From Nitrospirota bacterium (GTDB taxonomy: Bacteria; JACPQY01): a stretch of 46,489 nt of DNA. A program made the position numbers and the translations under genes. Every line of letters starts with the position of its first letter. Position 1 is the stretch's first letter. Shown here piece after piece: positions 44,064-46,489 of this stretch. The notes beneath the pieces were generated by a model. The model worked only from the letters and a program-made list of their open reading frames with translations. It had not been told where the DNA came from and ran no database searches. The stretch covers positions 62,001 to 108,489 of the forward strand of contig JACPAV010000010.1 of NCBI GenBank assembly GCA_016180645.1, in the 5' to 3' direction.

Positions 44064-46096
44064 CGTACAGCAGGTTTCTGTTTCTCATCGCAGCGGTTTC
44101 CATGGCCGGGGGATTGGCCTCGTGCGCGGATACGAAGGACGGCGCCACGGATGGCGGCATCGGGGGGACCGGCATCAAGGAAGCCTCGGAATCGGGTTCC
44201 GGCGAGGTTCTCTCCAGCGCCGCGGCCGTGACCTCCGCAACCGAGGGGTTGAGGCTTTTCTCCGAACTCACTCACCCGCCCGCCGCGGGCACGATCGGGC
44301 AGACGGGAATTCGGGGAGGAACAGGAGGAACCCTACGTCTGGCTCCAGCGAGCCTTTCCGCCCTGCGAAGATCTCATTTTCAATTCGATACGACTCCGAT
44401 TACCACGGCCAAGGGCTACTGGAAGTGCGACCACAACGCGGACGGAAGCTGGACGTTCACGGCGCACGACGCGCAATCGAACCCCGCCGAAACCACCGAC
44501 TTCACGGACACGTATGCCCAGCAAGGCAAGGGGGGCGATTGCGAACTCAACTCGGACTATCTGGGAACGGACTACATTACGAAGGCTTCCTGCAAGCTGA
44601 ACTTCGCCGAACTCATGGCGCTTGCGCAGAACAAGCCGACGTCCTCGTGCATCCCGCTCGGCCAGACCGCCGCGGGGGTGTCCTGCCAGTTGGGGCCGGC
44701 GGGGTGCGATGCAATGGAAGATCTCTCAAACAATGAATACGACGACCTCTTGGGAGTGACCGGCGCCACGTTCAAGTCCACCAAGTCGGGGGGCGCATCG
44801 GAGGAAGGCAAAGTGGCGATCAATCGCTCCGCCAAAACATGGACCATGGAGAAGACCGTGAAAGGATCGGTCCCGGGCATCACCTCCGTCGTCGAGAAGA
44901 TCGAATATACCTACAGTGGCCGCGGCGAACCCGATGCCGAGATCTCGCTTTTCCAAGATTGGCTCAAGACCCCGGAAAAAGCCAAACTGGTCGACTACGC
45001 CACACAAACCTGCGGCGCCTTGACGCCCGCCGCTCTCTGCACACATCTGAAAGACCTCATCACGTTTGTGAAATCGGAGAGTTTCGAACTCAACCCGTCG
45101 ACCAAGGAAGACTTGGTGACGAAGTATACGAAGATCACGACCCAGGCCGATGGAACCGTGATCACGGAAATCGGAGTGCCAGATCAGCCCTTCTTTTGCC
45201 AGTACAACAAGGAGACCAACACCTGCGCCAAGGAACCGACCAAGGGCACCTCCTCCAAGACAACCCAGTATCCGGCGGGATCGACCGTGGCAAAGCTGGA
45301 AGAAAAGGCAAGCGTCCTGACGGATGCAGTCACGAACAAATCCGCCATCTCACTCGAAAAAACGACAACCCGGTCCGACGGCACGGTTGCCGCCGAGTCG
45401 ATCAACCTCACCAAGGACGAATCGACGGGCGCCATCACCGGGACGGGAAAGACGAAGGATGGCCCGAGCGAATCGTGCATCCGATTCGACGGGAACGAAG
45501 CCAAGGAAACCGGCAAGCTGGACAAGGTCGAAACGCATGCGGATGGATCGCTCGTCGAGGAGCACGTGGATGCTCCGACGAAAGGGAAGTTTGCCTACGG
45601 CAAGTCGATCTATGCTTCGGGCCAAGCCGATTGTGCGGCGTACACGGTTACGGGCGGCAAGCTCCTCGAGAGCACGGAAGCCACCGTGCAGGAGAACGCG
45701 GATGGGACCGGTTCCTTGTCCATCACCAATCCGGACGGCTCAAGCATCCACCTTGCATCAACGAAGGCATGTACAGGCTCGGTTTGCACAGTGACGGCCA
45801 CAGGCGAGGGAAAAGACAAGCGTGGGTCGTTCACAATAGCGAAAACGGACCTCCCGAGCGGTTCATCCACGCTCCAGATCGACTGGACTTCGGCGGATGG
45901 CAAGGAGAAAGCCAAACTCGATTTGACGCTCGCGGTGGACGGGACGTCGACGGGCACCCTCCAGCACAACGATGCCGTCTATGACGCGACGATCCAACCG
46001 GATGGGAGCGCCAGGATCTGCCTCAAGAGCGGGTCGGCCCCCGGCGTGACTGCGGGCCAGTGCCTGACACTCTCCGCGGCTGATTTGGCTGGCTGA
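44060..46096 (+). CDS. Large Cys-rich, Thr/Gly/Ser-rich lipoprotein of unknown function
   Basis: Lipobox LASC (C22), DGGIGGTGI motif, 16 further Cys, repeated xDG(S/T) turns; ATGA-coupled with AAGGAG RBS. Confidence 0.8.
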   Translation: MTYSRFLFLIAAVSMAGGLASCADTKDGATDGGIGGTGIKEASESGSGEVLSSAAAVTSATEGLRLFSELTHPPAAGTIGQTGIRGGTGGTLRLAPASLSALRRSHFQFDTTPITTAKGYWKCDHNADGSWTFTAHDAQSNPAETTDFTDTYAQQGKGGDCELNSDYLGTDYITKASCKLNFAELMALAQNKPTSSCIPLGQTAAGVSCQLGPAGCDAMEDLSNNEYDDLLGVTGATFKSTKSGGASEEGKVAINRSAKTWTMEKTVKGSVPGITSVVEKIEYTYSGRGEPDAEISLFQDWLKTPEKAKLVDYATQTCGALTPAALCTHLKDLITFVKSESFELNPSTKEDLVTKYTKITTQADGTVITEIGVPDQPFFCQYNKETNTCAKEPTKGTSSKTTQYPAGSTVAKLEEKASVLTDAVTNKSAISLEKTTTRSDGTVAAESINLTKDESTGAITGTGKTKDGPSESCIRFDGNEAKETGKLDKVETHADGSLVEEHVDAPTKGKFAYGKSIYASGQADCAAYTVTGGKLLESTEATVQENADGTGSLSITNPDGSSIHLASTKACTGSVCTVTATGEGKDKRGSFTIAKTDLPSGSSTLQIDWTSADGKEKAKLDLTLAVDGTSTGTLQHNDAVYDATIQPDGSARICLKSGSAPGVTAGQCLTLSAADLAG

Positions 46097-46144
46097 TTCC
46101 CGAGCTTCTCTCGGGTCCCGAGGTTAAGAGCCTCTAACAGAATG

Positions 46145-46205
46145 CGTAGGGGAGGGTCTTCAGACCCTCCCGACAAGAGGGAGCATCTGAAGATGCTCCC
46201 CTACG
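46145..46205. repeat. GTAG-type REP doublet (REPIN-like)
   Basis: CGTAG-GGGAGGGTCT-TC-AGACCCTCCC...GGGAGCATCT-GA-AGATGCTCCC-CTACG. Confidence 0.88.
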
Positions 46206-46243
46206 GAGGAGATGAGGGACGTTGGTAGGAAGATAGGTTTTCC

Positions 46244-46357
46244 ATGAGCCGCCTCATAGGCTCCCAAGATCCTCTCGGCAACATCGAATTCTTCGAGTAC
46301 GACAAGAACGGCAACTTAGTTCGCCGGGTGAACCGCAACCGGAGCAGGGGGCCATAG
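46244..46357 (+). pseudogene. Orphan RHS/YD-repeat fragment (37 aa)
   Basis: Manual translation MSRLIGSQDPLGNIEFFEYDKNGNLVRRVNRNRSRGP matches the YD-repeat pattern RL...DPLG....YD.NGNL. Confidence 0.6.
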
Positions 46358-46410
46358 GGTCAGACATTTGTATCTTGACAATGTGGGGACGAACATGCAG
46401 GGTGGCTGCC

Positions 46411-46489
46411 GTGGCTCGCCAACTCCGTCCGCTTGCGCCGGGACTCCTGTATCACGTGATTGCCCGAGGGAACCAGAGGCGCAAGGTGT
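46411..46489 (+). mobile_element. 5' end of REP-associated (RAYT)/IS200-like Y1 transposase, cut by the window edge
   Basis: GTG start; MARQLRPLAPGLLYHVIARGNQRRKV matches the MAR.LR....G..YHV..RGN N-terminus; preceded by GGGTCAGAC...CTTGACA. Confidence 0.85.

Noticed and set aside
46100-46134. Short hairpins after the lipoprotein gene as a terminator
   Set aside because: Stems are only about 5 bp and have no U-tract.
1-46489. CRISPR array, tRNA, rRNA, integrase
   Set aside because: No regularly spaced repeats, cloverleaf, rRNA-like tract or recombinase motif found by eye; small RNAs could be missed without Infernal/tRNAscan.

Overview
GC-rich bacterial chromosome segment; the gene content looks like Deltaproteobacteria/Myxococcota, but that is inference only. 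(1) 1-15.3 kb is an accessory surface-glycosylation locus: six tandem, mostly translationally coupled paralogous GT-C (ArnT/PMT-like) membrane glycosyltransferases with unusual shared motifs, two divergent cobalamin-binding radical SAM enzymes, two GT2s and a DUF1972-type GT4. (2) 15.7-17.7 kb is a small islet between two copies of a 217-bp lpxH promoter/5' segment. It carries a HEPN-MNT pair, a GTAG REP doublet and the C-terminal remnant of a RAYT-like transposase. (3) 17.5-43.1 kb is mostly housekeeping: lpxH, coaBC, lipid kinase, rodZ-like, TPR lipoprotein, fur, dcd, rlmB, pyrF, proS, ispG, CCA enzyme, WS/DGAT, rfbD, a Nudix-IF2B fusion with an in-frame REP doublet, mlaEFD, a zinc-ribbon protein and mreBCD-mrdA-rodA. 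(4) 43.2-46.5 kb holds a DUF6502-like gene behind a 22-bp palindrome, a Cys-rich GGIGGTG lipoprotein, a REP doublet, an orphan YD-repeat fragment and the 5' end of a RAYT/Y1 transposase. No rRNA, tRNA or CRISPR array was seen. All family calls come from motif recognition by eye, not database searches.
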